Shown: positions 13,656 to 27,089 of the stretch, piece after piece | Layout of the letters: each line of letters starts with the position of its first letter | Position numbering within the stretch: position 1 is the first letter of the stretch | Source of the DNA: Octopus vulgaris | Lineage: Eukaryota | Reading direction: 5' to 3' | Length of the DNA: 64,000 bases | Assembly (NCBI GenBank): GCA_951406725.2 | Contig: OX597831.1 | Location: forward strand, 45,384,001 to 45,448,000 | Notes under the pieces: model-generated | What the model was told of the DNA's origin: nothing | The model's input: the letters and a program-made list of their open reading frames with translations, nothing else | Database searches by the model: none | Position numbers and translations under genes: made by a program

Positions 13656-14096
13656 TCTTTCTCTGTCAATCTGACTCTGTGAATGTATGTGTGTACACAC
13701 ACTTGTATCTCCTTGTCTTGACATTTTATGACAGTTGTAAAAGGATTGCCACTATCATACAAGAAGTGTCATTCATTTCCAATGTTCTTTGATAACACGT
13801 CTAGCCATGGGGAAATATCACTTGGAAACAGGTGAGGGTTGGTGAAAAGAAGGGCATCCAACTGTAGAAAATCTGCCACAGTAAACACCACCTGACTCAT
13901 GCAAGTATGCAAAATTGAATGTTTAAATGATGACTATGATTAGCATAAATATTGAAGTTATCTATAATACTTTGGCAGGGTTATATAATCTGGTCTACCT
14001 ATTGTACTTCAGGCTCCATCTAGTGATAGAGTTTTTCTAAGTAAAAGGGGTTGGTTGTAGCACTAGATTATTTGAATTACAAACTGGATAGACATA

Positions 14097-14490
14097 AGAG
14101 TGGCTGTGTGGTAAGAAGCTTGCTTCCCAACCACATGGCTCCAGGTTCAGCCCCACTGTGTTGCACTTTGGGAAAATGTCTTCTATAGTGTCAGGCCGAC
14201 CAAAGCCTTGTGAGTGGATTTGGTAGACAGACACTGAAAGCAACCTGGTGTGTGTGTGTGTATATATATATATATATGTATGTATGTATGTATTAATTTA
14301 TGTGTGTCCCCCCACCATCACTTGACAACCAATGTTGGTGTGTTTACGTTCCTGTAATCATAGCAGTTCGGCAAAAGAGACCGATAGAATAAGTACTAGG
14401 CTTACAAAGAATAAGTCCTGGGGTCAATTTTTTTGACTAAAGGTGGTGTCGAAGCATGACTGCAGTCAAATAACTGAAGCAAGTAAAAGA
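14097..14490 (+). mobile_element. SINE family B, full length, internal microsatellite
   Basis: Colinear with 12342-12716, 49487-49856 and the reverse complement of 27869-28253. Confidence 0.88.
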
Positions 14491-14709
14491 ATATATATAT
14501 TGATGATCTGACTACTTCACTTGCTGTAAGGAGCTTGTCTCCCTTGTCAGTCAACAGATAAATGCTTGCCCATGGGTAAGAGCTGTTTTGACTCTTATTT
14601 CTAGCAATGCTGGAGCTGACTTGCGCCCTTAGTCACTTTAGTGACAATTGTACTTGTGCCTTTTGGTTGTAAATTGTGAATAGCCACTTTAATGAATTTA
14701 TATATATGA

Positions 14710-14768
<59 letters not shown>

Positions 14769-15555
14769 TAAACACTGTCAGATAAAAAGATAAAATTCAT
14801 GCAATTATTTCATGAAAAGTTTTTAGAAACCATTTCAGCTAGTTGTTCAGCTCTCATCCAACAGTCCTGTAATCAAAGGTGGTGTTCCGACTAAAAAAAT
14901 CTCAAAGGTTTATTTACTTTTTTTATTTATTCAGCCAGATACATATTTTTTCTTCTTTTGTGACATAAAGATAATTTGGTTGCTATTTTAAGCAGGTCTA
15001 GTAAGTGCATAGATTCTTCCTTGTTATCTCATTAGTTCACCAAGTAAATTCTTGTTGCGATTAATAACACTAGCGCTGTCTCCTGATACTTGAACTCTTT
15101 AGCATTCAGATGCCTCTGGCAAATGTATTGCTTACTCATTCACATTGTTTTGAATTAATCATGTATTATCGCGTAGCTTCAATATTTTGATGTTCTAATT
15201 GTTTATTTTTACGACATTGTAGCATAGGTGTAAGGGGCCAAATCTGGCCAGTTTAAATGCTAAACGGTGAAGCAAGATTTATTGCTCTTAACTTTTATTT
15301 ATCATGTTCCACACTTTAATGTATTTGTTTACCTTAGAAACATGCTTCTCTTCAGAAAGATTTCTTTCTTTATTTTTATTTAAAACAAAACCTTCCCAAC
15401 TCATCTAGCTTTAACTCAGAAGGAAGGACTTGTTGGAAATCAATAATAGACACTAGACACACGATACACTTAATAAGGAAAAAAAAACCAAGAGAAGTTT
15501 TGACAATGTTCTGCAACATACAGATTGAGGAATGACATATTCTAGAGAACATGCA

Positions 15556-15709
15556 ATATTTGTTTCAAATTTTGGCACAAGGCCAGCAATGCTCAAGGAT
15601 GAAAGGTGAAGTGGACCGCAGTAGCATTTGAACTCAGAATGAAGGGACAGACGAAATGGCACAAAGCATTTTACCTGGTGTGCTAACGATTCTGCCAATC
15701 TACCACCTT
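15556..15709 (-). mobile_element. SINE family C
   Basis: tttgaactcagaa..gattctgcca is the reverse complement of the 9688 copy. Confidence 0.7.
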
Positions 15710-15949
15710 ACACAGCATGCAATATTAGTATGAATCAGAATATTGGTGAGAAGTGTGTGCATAATGTGCAGCACACTGATGCTGAGAAGGAAGAGTCATG
15801 GAAATGTTACGATAAGAGACTGCGGATGGGACAGAATGCATTCTATGCAGATGCTTTGTATTTTTGTTGTAATAGCAATAAAGACTGAAATACAAGAATT
15901 AGGAGAGGACAATCATGTCTGGCAAATTAATCTGTATTTGGCCCACCAC

Positions 15950-16275
15950 CATCATCATCGTTTAACACCTGCCTTTCATGCGGGCATGGGTTGGACGCTT
16001 TGACAGAAGCTGACCAGGCAGAAGACCATGCCAGGCTTCTGTCAGTTTTGGCATGATTTTTATGGCTGTATGCCCTTTCTAACACCAACCACATCACAGA
16101 GTGGACTAAGTGCCTTTTACGTGGCACTAGTTACAGGTGAGGTCAGTTTTGGCAAGGTTTTCACAGCTGGATGCCCTTCCAGATGCTAACAACTTCACAG
16201 TGTGGACTGGATGCTTCTTATGTGGCCCCAGCACTACTAGCAGGGTCGCTGAGTAAAGTGCAAGACAAGGAAATT
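15950..16275 (-). mobile_element. RTE-tail retroelement with internal duplication
   Basis: catcatcatcgtttaac..catgggttggac start; the ggctggatgcccttcc..cacagagtggact block occurs twice. Confidence 0.7.
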
Positions 16276-16905
16276 CTGAGAGGGGAGGGGTCATTAAGAA
16301 ATATCTCATGATTTTCAATTTATCCCATATTATGTGTTTCCAATATTTAATATACCCAGGAATTATTTTTTGTGGCACTTTTCTTCTGAGATGCCTATTT
16401 TACTTGTACCACCGAACATTTGTCTATATTGAGATATACCAAAGAAATCACTGGTTCACCCATCTGGCCATATTCACCAGCAGGTGTTCTGGATGGGTTA
16501 TCTCACCAGTAGGGGAAGACTTACAAATGTCATTCATAAGCATTGCCCACTTTGTCTTTGGACTAAATTATTAAAAGATAGATAACCAGGGACACAAACC
16601 TCATTGTCTCAGTAATTCCCCTAGTTACTAACCAGGACTGAAAATAAACCCAAATTCAACGCGAATCAGTAGGAAATGGATCAAAGAAGTGAGACTGGTC
16701 AATAGAAGAGAAATGCAAAGTAAACTGAAGAACTGCAACGGTCACAAGATAAGATTTTACAACTACTAAGTGTTGTGTCACCTAGTTATATATATATATA
16801 TATATATAGCTCTTCAAAGATTTTTCACAACCTGCAAAACTGGACTTGTGATTCTCAGTTAATGGATATATTATAGTGAAATGGAGAAGAAAAAACGCTT
16901 CTTAC

Positions 16906-16973
16906 CTGAGATGGTACTGAGTTATCCCTTGATGAGTATCCTGAGCGATTATAGGGAATATCGTTATTTTTGC
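16906..16973 (-). CDS. TCF12/TCF4 (da): E-protein coding exon, (S)KNNDIPYNRSGYSSRDNSVPSQ; 68 nt, phase 1->0
   Basis: Acceptor tttgtttttgtcag|, donor CAG|gtaaga. Lies in the supplied ORF 16855..17073; resembles TCF12 KTSERGSFSLYSRD. Confidence 0.9.
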
Positions 16974-17099
16974 CTGACAAAAACAAAATTTGAATGTTAA
17001 CACAGGATTGAAAAATAAGAAAATAAAAATAAAATAAAATAAGAGAGCATGCTTTATGTATATATAAAGTCATTACTGTGACATCATAGGCTATTTGAG

Positions 17100-17460
17100 T
17101 AAAATACAGTGGTGTTGTGCTTCAGGTTCAGTCCCACTGCAGGAAACCATGGGCATATGTCTTCTACTATTGCATGAGCAGGCAAATGCCTTGTCAGCGA
17201 ACTTAGTAGACCGAAACTGCATGGAAGCCTATTGTACACACACACACACACACACACATTCATGCATGTCTTTGTCTTAGTTCCCTACCACCACCACCAC
17301 CACTACTTGTTTAAGTCTCTGTAACATAGCAGTTTGGCAAAAGAGACCAACAGATTAACTACCAGACTTTAAAAATATCAGCGTCAATTTGTTTGACTAA
17401 ATGCTTCAAGGCAGCCAGCACGGCCACAGTCCAATAACTAACGACAAGCAGAAAATAAAA
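17100..17460 (+). mobile_element. SINE family B, diverged
   Basis: ggttcagtcccactgc, gtcttctacta, ggcaaaagagacc and gtttgactaaa motifs. Confidence 0.7.
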
Positions 17461-17812
17461 GCTATACCCATGTCACGATCATTGCCATAAATGCAGTAAG
17501 CCATTGATTTACCCATTGAAAACTAGTAAGCAACAATGGTTTTGCTTATCAATTGCAAATATAAAAGGAGATACATAAAAATAACAAACACTGTCTCTAC
17601 AATTAATACAAAAATTTACTATCATTGTATTGTAAGCTTAAGAAAGGCAATTAACCATGTTTTGCTAGTTTGCTGAACAAAGAGACCAATAGAATAAGTA
17701 CTAGGCTTAAGAAATAAGTCCTGCGGGGTCAATTTGTTCAACTAAAAACCCCTCAGGCACTCCAGCATGGCCACAGTCAAGAAACAAGCAAAAGAAAAAA
17801 TATGTATAAATA

Positions 17813-17883
<71 letters not shown>

Positions 17884-18065
17884 GTATGTATATATAACAC
17901 ACACAAAAGCAAGCTTCACCCCACTACCTCAGCTGACTAATCAGTAGTAAGAAAGATAAATCCAGTTACAAAATAAATAAGTAAATAAATAAAAGGAAAA
18001 AGACCTTCCCACTCATGCAAGCATTAATAATATAAGAAAAAAGTATGTTCAAGCATATGATAAGA

Positions 18066-18116
<51 letters not shown>

Positions 18117-18769
18117 AAGCCTAATTTGTGACATAGACCAGTTCAGTCTCCTATGCTAGTGCAGTCTCCAACCAATTAACTAGTAACACTTTGTTTTACA
18201 CAACAACATTTGCCAAAGGTTAGGTAGCTTTTGTTTGGCGTGAGATAAGTACCTTTGTTTCTTTTCACTAATTCCTGTTATAAATATACATATATCTTTT
18301 TATATCTGCCTACTTCTTTTTATTTCTTCCTAATAATAATTATGATATATATACAAGCAGAAATACTGCCTGCAAGCAGTTTTCCACTGCTCATTATGAT
18401 AAGGATGGATATGCATGTGTTTGTGTACATGTGTGTGTGTGTGCGTGTGTGCATGCATATGTATGGAGAGAGAGACAAAGAGAAAGAGATACATACATAA
18501 ATATATATACATATATATGTATACTTACGTGCGTGCACAGGCACACACACACACACACACACACACAAAATCTGCAGCCAAGGCTAGACTTCACAGTCTG
18601 TTCAGAAGTTGCTCTTTGTTGCCCTTAAAAGACACTCTCCTTGGTCTGCAAGACTGATGGATGCGACACATACACCATTCAAATCTGCTTTCAATTCTGG
18701 CAACAACTGTGTGGTTTTATGGGCAGTCCAACAATTTAGAGGACCACACAGTGCATCAATGTCATTTTG

Positions 18770-18838
18770 GATTTGTAGGTACGTGGTACTTCATTATGCA
18801 AACATAATGCATAATGAAGTACCACGTGCCTACAAATC
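18770..18838. repeat. 31-bp near-perfect stem with 7-nt loop
   Basis: gatttgtaggtacgtggtacttcattatgca-aacataa-tgcataatgaagtaccacgtgcctacaaatc; one T.G pair. Confidence 0.95.
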
Positions 18839-19364
18839 TTTGATGCTTACATACCAGCCCCAGGAATATGTCAAATATGTAAATTGGTATATCTAATAAC
18901 TTAACACCACTGTATGCAGTGGCTATAGAAGCAGTGTGTTTGGAGGCAAGAGTGAGTTAGATAAGTGCTGAAGAAGGGGCAACAACCACCAAAATATGGC
19001 ATATACACTCATTACCCACTTTTGTCTTCAATCACATTGTCTGTTTACATCTGACGTCTCGATATGCAATGTTGTAGCAAAAATCAGTGCTGGCTACAAG
19101 TTCTATAGAATTATCATTTTGATACTGTTAGCCAAAATAGCACAGATGAGACAGTGTTAGATCTAAAGGTTCCTTTTTTTAAAACCCAAATTTTGAAATC
19201 ATCATCATCATCAATAAGATTTTGTTCCTGACATTATAACTAATTGTTTACTACCAAATTTATAGCTTAACTTACTTAAAGAGTGGCAGAAGTTTTTTGG
19301 TTACTTACTGAGACATACACTTAATAATAATAATAATAATAATAATAACAATAACAATAATAAT

Positions 19365-19750
19365 ATGGCTTGTTAAGAAGTTTAATTCTGAAAACATGGT
19401 TTGGGGGTCAAACCCACCTAATGACATCTTGCCCAAGTATCTTCTAAAGCATAGGGCCAACCAAAGCTTTGTGAAAGGATTTAGCATGCAGAAAACAGAA
19501 AGAAGCTTTTCATGTGTGTGAGACCTTGTCTTGACATCATGTGATAGTTGTAAACATGCATCACTGTCACACAAGTTATGTCATTCATTTCCAATCTGCC
19601 ATTTAAACATGACCAGACACAGAGAAATATTACCTTGCTTGCAAATAGGTGAGTGTTGGCAACAAATAGGATATCCAGCCATACAAAAATCGTTCTGAAC
19701 AAATTCTGTCTGACCCATGCAAACATTGAAAAATGGACATTAAAATGATA
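19365..19750 (+). mobile_element. SINE with family-B head and RTE-type tail
   Basis: Head tggcttgttaagaag..ccaaagctttgtg; tail atccagcc..gacccatgcaa..aaaatggacattaaaatga. Relatives at 13690-13935, 25200-25550(-), 52905-53273 and 62600-62850. Confidence 0.65.
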
Positions 19751-21568
19751 CACACACACACAGGATGTGCTCACATCTTTTTCTTTTTTCCCGGTTACTA
19801 ACTCCAATCACAATTTTATCTAAAACAACCCAGATCTAGAGAACCAGTTTCTTTTAATTTGACCTAGTCTCATCAACAGTTTCTTTAACATCAGCTTCCT
19901 TAGATAATGCTATCTACCTAATTATCTCTGTATTATCCTTGATCTACAGCGTCTCAATTAAAAAATGTTCCTATCATCACAGTTGCTTCACCTTAGCAGG
20001 GTTCAGACAAAACATTTCTGCTCAGTACCATGTTCTAATGATCTACCTCTGCTGCTGCTGTGTCAAATGCAAAAACAGTTTGCTAAAAATATTGTGCACT
20101 GATTTGATATGCAACATACTTAAAACTTTTAGTATGAATACTCTTTTACAGGAAGACCAAACACTAGTGTTGTTAAAGCTAATTAACTAACCTATGTGTA
20201 AAAATATCCATTATCTTAAGAAAATATCTTGTTTACGAGGTTTTCAAGTGTTATTTTTACAAAACAAATTTTTATTCCACCAGAGTCAAGTGATTGACAC
20301 ACTACGGCCCCCATTATGAATTATGTAAACATAAAGACTAACTAACATATGCTCTGTATTCTGCTCATTATAGTTGGAACAACTGACATGTATCTACTGA
20401 GGATTACATAGTAAAGTTCAATAAAAGTGCCTCAGAAGTATATGTTTAGTTCTCAAGAGGAAGCCCAGCTTTTGGCATGCAATATTAGCAATGTTATTTA
20501 TAGGTCTTTATCTGACATGGAAGATCATTAAAAGTTAAGAGGCCCAGTGCTTGCAGAAATTTCACAGGTGTTATTCTATACATTTACTTAACTATTTCTT
20601 ACCATTCTATATCACAAATTGTTTCTCAGATAGTATCATCCTTTATCTTTTACTTGTTTCAACTGTTGGGCTATGGTCATCCTGGGGTACTGCTTTGAAG
20701 GGTGTTTAGTCAAAGTAAGTGACTGCAGTATTTATTCTGCCAGGCTCTCATGCAGAATTGTTAAGTTGAAGTTAGATGGACAAAAACAACCCAAAACTGG
20801 TCAAACGATGAGAACAATCACATGCATACTCTCTCTCCCTCTCTCTCACACACATGCACACACACTCAATGGGCTTCCACAGTTTCTGTCTATCAAATTC
20901 ACCCACAAGGCACTGGTCAACCCAAGGCTATAGTAGAAAGACATTAGCTCAAGCTGTTGCACAGTGAAACTAAACCTGAACCTATATGGCTTTTATTCAC
21001 ACATCCATTGAATCCAGCTTTTGTCACATTCAAAAGCATGTCATTTTATTTCAGAATATGCTGGTTATACCTTGAACATTATACTTTCAGCTCAACAATG
21101 ACCTTTAAGCTGAGCATGCTAGCCAATATATGTGACAGTCAAAACTGTCTGACATTTTAGGTTACATAATGTAAATGAAATCAAAATTGATAGGGTTTCT
21201 TTAAGTTAAAGAATTAAAATTATTCACATTCATGCCAGCACAAAGATTTTTTACTTTGGAAACCTTGTTAGTAATAGGAAGGATTCAGTAATAATATTGT
21301 GATGAGGGTAAATATAGATATGGAGACAGGAAAAGTTGTATTTCCCCACCCAAAAAAACAAAGTCACTCTCCTATTCATAAAGTTGTAAATATCATTCTT
21401 GATAAAGTTGGGTGAAAGAAACATCAGAGGTGCTTTGCCTCCTGCAGAAACTGCAGAAGCTAATCAGAGGTATAGTGCAAGCTCTTCTTCTGAATCCACT
21501 GCAATGGTGGAAATCCTTCTGTATCATCAGCAGGTATCTCAATATCACAAGTATTTCACCTCTTAGCC

Positions 21569-21854
21569 CAGTAGTTCTCAAAGTGGGCGGTATTGCCCCA
21601 CCCCTGGGGGGGGGGGGGGAGTAGAAAGTTCCAAGGCAGCATTGAAGAAAAGTGGGTCAATAATGGAGTAGCAATTCATGTAAAAACAACAAAATAATGG
21701 GTTCATAAGGTTAAGTTTTATTTGGGAAATACAGTTGCTTTGAATTTGCTTCAGAGAGAGGTCTATGTTTGTGATGGTTAGTTGGGGTCGGGGCACTAGG
21801 AATGTGGCCTGGGTGTCAAGGGGGCAGCAGCCTGAAAAAGTTTAGGAAGCACTA
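21569..21854 (+). mobile_element. Non-autonomous hAT (Buster/Charlie-like) MITE, 286 bp
   Basis: Perfect 8-bp TSD tcttagcc (21561-21568, 21855-21862); imperfect TIRs cagtagttctcaaa / tttaggaagcacta. Confidence 0.88.
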
Positions 21855-23555
21855 TCTTAGCCTGTAGGCTTTACCTGAGTGGGGCACTCATGTGCTTTGT
21901 AAAAACATAAAAACATAGCTGCTGTATATTTCTAATTTCAGAAGATCATCATAGTGTTAACAAATACTTTTATGGTGGCATGGGTTGGATGGAGCTGCAA
22001 TGCAGCATCTTTCATGTGTCTCAACTTTGTTTTAATCATATGTGAGGCCCAATCTCAGTTTGGTCTAAATTATCTAATTACTTTTTCGCAAGTCTGCATT
22101 GCTACAGCAGGTCTTTCTTTCAGTAAGCATGCACCATCATTACATGTCAGTTAAAGTGTAAGCGGCTGTATTGCACAAATCAGTTGACATTTTGATACTC
22201 ATCTCCTTTCACAACTTAGTAGGAGAGTGGTGGCGTCAATAATGCATATCTAGCAGACAATACAATTGCAATAGATCTACATACATTACATTTTCACATC
22301 AAACATCCAACCAACGGAAGTAGGGCACAATGTTTTCCTGTTTATTTACCTCCGTAACAATACTTTCAACATGCTACTTAATTCAACTTAGCCATAGCTT
22401 TAACCCTTAAGCATTCAGATTAATCTGTCAAATATAATCCAGATTTATTTGCTTTGTTTTGCATTATCTTGTAGTTTCTAGATTTTGAGCATGTAATTGT
22501 CTATTTTTAAAATGGAATTGTAGGATAGGCATGAGAAGCCAAATCTAACAATTTTAACTTAAAACAAGTAGAATATTTGAACTAGATATGGCCAGTTTAA
22601 ATGCTGAACCTTCAACAATGACCCCTACCCCAAACCTGTAACACAAGAAAATAGGCTTTTGAGTAAGTAAATTCATGTGTTCTGTTAAAGATTTCAGGCC
22701 TTAGTGTAAGATTAGAGAAGATGGAATGCAAGTTTCTTTGATTTTTGGTTGGCATTTTTTCTACATTGGTTGAGTTAAAATTGAGCTTTAATGCCTGGAG
22801 GACTTGAGATGGTAGGGATTAAACAAATACACTTTCCAAAGTATGGTATGAAATCAATTTGGAATAATAGGTTTCTAAAAATAAAAGAAATTCAATATTT
22901 TGAAAATTTCAGAAATTGCCTAAAAAGTCTGACTAAAATTTTCAGGAATTACATCTCTCATAGATATGAACAAATGGTGCAAATTTCATGAGAGACCTTT
23001 GTTGAATTTCACTGGGATGACCCAAGGGTTAAATAGCACTAGCAGTAGAAACTCTTATCTACTTTTTACTAAAATTCAAGTACCTATACTACCACAAATC
23101 CAAACCAGGTTTCCCACGAGTCTATTGTCTTCATTAAGCACAATATTGAGTTTCCACCATGAACAACAACCCACGGACAAAAAACTAAATTAGGTATTGC
23201 ATTTTTTAACAGCTATGCATATAGTCCAATTTATATGAATAATAAGATGACTTAGTAATATTCTGAACTGTCCCTATACAAAACAAATTCAATAATCATT
23301 TCCATTAATTCACTATAATTCATTTGTTATTAAACATTTTGTACTGGATTCATAGTAAGTTCTCCAATATGACCAAAACTGTAAACGGAACATGTGTCAG
23401 TCACAGTGTATATAACAAAATGGGTAATTTGCCAGCATAAGAAAAATCACATCATAAATTTTGTTACCAAGTAATATTAGTACATATTTTATACATAACC
23501 AATCCTTCACTTAACTGCCAACAATGGTTTTCCCAAATAAAAAGCAGATACTTAC

Positions 23556-23634
23556 TAAGGAGAGACATATCACTATTCATAAATGAGTGCATGTTTTCGT
23601 TTGCCTGTCCATTGTATGTTTGGTTATCATAAAG
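23556..23634 (-). CDS. TCF12/TCF4 (da): E-protein coding exon, LYDNQTYNGQANENMHSFMNSDMSLL(S); 79 nt, phase 0->1
   Basis: Acceptor ctcttttcattttag|, donor CTTA|gtaagt. Open frame; FMNS motif as in TCF12 PFMNSNLMG. Confidence 0.88.
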
Positions 23635-24515
23635 CTAAAATGAAAAGAGTGAATTGTATCAGTAACATCATAAAATAAATAATAACAAATAAAATAAAAA
23701 TTACTAACAAAAAAAATTATTTTTAAAAAAACATGAAAACATATCTATGATATAAAAAACTGTTACTCTCCAAAACGATCTATTAGCGAATGTAAGTATG
23801 TAGGTGCACAGTATGATGAAACAATTAAGAAGCTTGCTTTTACAACATAAGCTCCTGTGTTCGAGCCCATTGTGTGGCATCTTGGACAAATGTTATTTCC
23901 TCCAGCTTTGGACTGACCCCCACACCTTGTGAATGCAACTGGGGAAGGTGGGAACTATATAGAAGCTGGTCAGGTGGATTGTGCCAGGAATTCAAAACAA
24001 GCAGCTAAGTAACTCACACACTGTGTCATAACAAATCAGCCTGAAAATTATATCAAAGGTACATGTGCCAGCAGAGTGAAAGCTCAGCCACTTTGCAGCT
24101 AATTCAGCAAGTTGTCTAGATGATCAAACAACTGGATTCACATCATCAAACAATGAAGATACATGGTGCGTGTGGTGTGTGTGTGTGTGTGTGTGTGCAC
24201 ACGCACCTCATCATCATCATTTAATGTCTGTTTTCCATGCTGGCATGGGTTGACATTGGAGCTCCAATGTCAGCTTTGGCATGGTTTCCACAGCTGATTG
24301 CCTTTCCAAAAGCCGACCACTTTGTAGTGTGTAATGGAAGCTACTTTCACGCCACCAGCACTAGTGAGGTTCCTGAATAACTTGCAAGTCAGGAAAAGAA
24401 CAATAAAAGGGAAAAAAAGCTCCCCTGATTAAGTGGAGGAAGTTAAGGAGAAGGGAGAATATTTGAAAGTGGTGGGAGAAGTAGTTTTATACCAGGTGTT
24501 GTGGGAAGAGTGTTT

Positions 24516-24593
<78 letters not shown>

Positions 24594-26680
24594 ACACACA
24601 CACACATAGGATGTGTGTGCGTGTGAACAAATGTTACAATATTGAATATGTGATTATTTGCATATATAATTTTTTTTTTATATACAAAATTTAACATGCA
24701 CTTCATTCTTTTTATCTTGCACAGTACTTCAATAAAGAATGCAATATAAGAGTAAATATAACAAGAAATTATCCAAAAAAACATGTTTGAGATCCCCCTA
24801 GTGACAGAAAATGTCAATATTGCCTCCAAATACCCGGCTTAGGGTGATGACAGGTGAACTAAAGCAGTCTTTCTGGCTGACTCACTCACTTGTCTGACTT
24901 GTTGAGATGAGAGACATAGTCTATAAAACTAAAAACTTGAGAAAAAAAAAATAGAAATGAATATCTGAAACAGCTCACCCTTTTCATTAACAGCAGCATT
25001 TAAATTAAGCACTAATCAATCTGGGTCATTACAGACATTGCACCTTATATACAAAGTAAAACCTACAACCTACACTTTGGAATAGTTTTGTTACTGCTGC
25101 GGTTAAATGGTAATTCCCCCAAATTTACAGTTTAAACCAAGATATTAAAATTCATCCTATACCATCATCATCATTATTAAAACAATGATAATGCTTGCAT
25201 AGGAGTTAATTGGGGCAAATTTTCTACAGCCAGATGTCTCCTCTTTGCAACCATCCCCTTCTTATTTCCAAGTAAGGTAATATTTCCCCATAGCCAGACA
25301 TGCTTTCACAAAATAGCGGAAATGAATGACATTCATTTACAGTAAGTCATGCAACATCAAGACAAGGTGACACAAACATGTGTGCACACACACACATGAT
25401 GGGCTTCTTTCAGTTTCTGTCAACCAAATCCACTCACAAGGCTTTAGTTGGCCAGAGGTTACAGCAGAAGACACTTGGCCAATGCATTGTATAGCGTGAC
25501 TGAACCAGAAACTATGTTGTTGGGAGGCTAACATCTTGACCACATAGCCACCCTTGCACTATAAATGACAGAAATCTGATAAATTATCACAGAAGGAAAT
25601 GCCAATGTGAACAATAGGCCAATAAGTAAATAGCTGAATGATAAAGAACCAGATTACAAGAGCTACATGTTATCTGGTTCATTATCATTTTGATGGTCTA
25701 CTTTAAAGTAGCTTACTATCCTCTCTAATGTACCACTTGATTTTTTTTTAAACAAGATTTTTGCTTCTTTACAGATACAAGCAATTAATCAAATCCAATA
25801 CAAGCATGAAACTTTTTTTCATACTCATTATATAGACACACACACACACACACACGTGTGTGTGTGTGTGTATTGTAAATGCTGATGGCGAATTGGTAGT
25901 CAGTAGAATGGTATTTATTCCAGCTTTTTGTGCTCTGAATTCAAATCTTGCCTAAATCAAGATCAACTTTGCTTTTCATTCTATCAAGGCTGACAAAGAA
26001 GCTAAAATGTGCAAAGATCTTGACTGGAAGGTGATTGGCAGAGCTGTTAAAACATCAGAGAGAATACCTTGTGATATCTGTTTCATCTCTTTGAATTCTG
26101 ATAGTAATGTCTGTGATAACACTGGTATCAAGGTGTATTGGCCCTATCCTTTGAACAACAATGGTAGTCAGTAGATGAGAAACTTGCATGCAACAGTCAG
26201 TCTTCACAACAACAAGAAAAAAAAGCTCAGCCCTACACAACATAAAGGTAGAGTCAACCCTGACTGATGGAGGCCCTCATATTCTTCTATTATTTTCCTT
26301 GTTTCAGTCAGTTGACTGTAACAATGCTGGGGTATCGTGAAAGATATAGTCAAACAAACCAACTCCAGTACTTTACTTTAAATCTGGAGCTTATTCATTT
26401 AATCTCTTTCACTGAACTGCTAAGTTACAGGGACCTAAACAAACTAACACTGGTTGCCAAATGGTGGGGAAACAAAATGCAAACATGACTATCATTAATC
26501 CCAAGCTATCATATCAAACCATCAAAATATCTATTGTAGCAATTTTTTGTCTGTTTTCTTCTTAGCTCATTTGCTTGTCTCTCAGAGATACTAAAGTTAG
26601 TGACTCCAAAACTGGTTGCTAAGCAAAATTAAAATTCACTTTTCCAAATGCAGTTGGGGAGGTGGCAATAAGGATATTAA

Positions 26681-26900
26681 CCCTTTAGCATTCAGATTAC
26701 TCTGTCAAATGTAATGCTTATTTATTCACATTCTTTCAACTTAATCATGCCTTATTTTGTAGCTCTGAGATTTTGATGATGTGGCTGTTATTCTTAGAAT
26801 GACACAGTAGAGTAGGTACGAAAAACTATATCTGGTTGGTTTGAACATAAAACAAGTAAAATGTAAAGGGCCAGATATGTTTGGCTAAAATGCTAAAGGG
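26681..26900 (+). mobile_element. piggyBac-like MITE, 220 bp
   Basis: TTAA on both sides; 12-bp perfect TIR ccctttagcatt / aatgctaaaggg. Other copies at ~10950-11124, 15095-15268, 22404-22606, 57713-57925 and 58774-59075. Confidence 0.85.
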
Positions 26901-27089
26901 TTAAGTTAAACAGCCCATGCTTGTTTATAGGTTAGATATAAATATTTATATATAAAAACAAATCAGAAAACAAAATGCAATAGAAATAGATTCACCCACA
27001 CTAGTTCATAAGAGCTTAATTTCTTTCTAAAACTATCCACACATGGAGAGAATTTTATTAAAATGTACCTCCAGAGGTTTCAGTCTTTT

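Noticed and set aside
25836-25871. (CA)n(GT)n palindrome; similar (TATG)n(CATA)n at ~32820-32876
   Set aside because: Expected by-product of abundant microsatellites.
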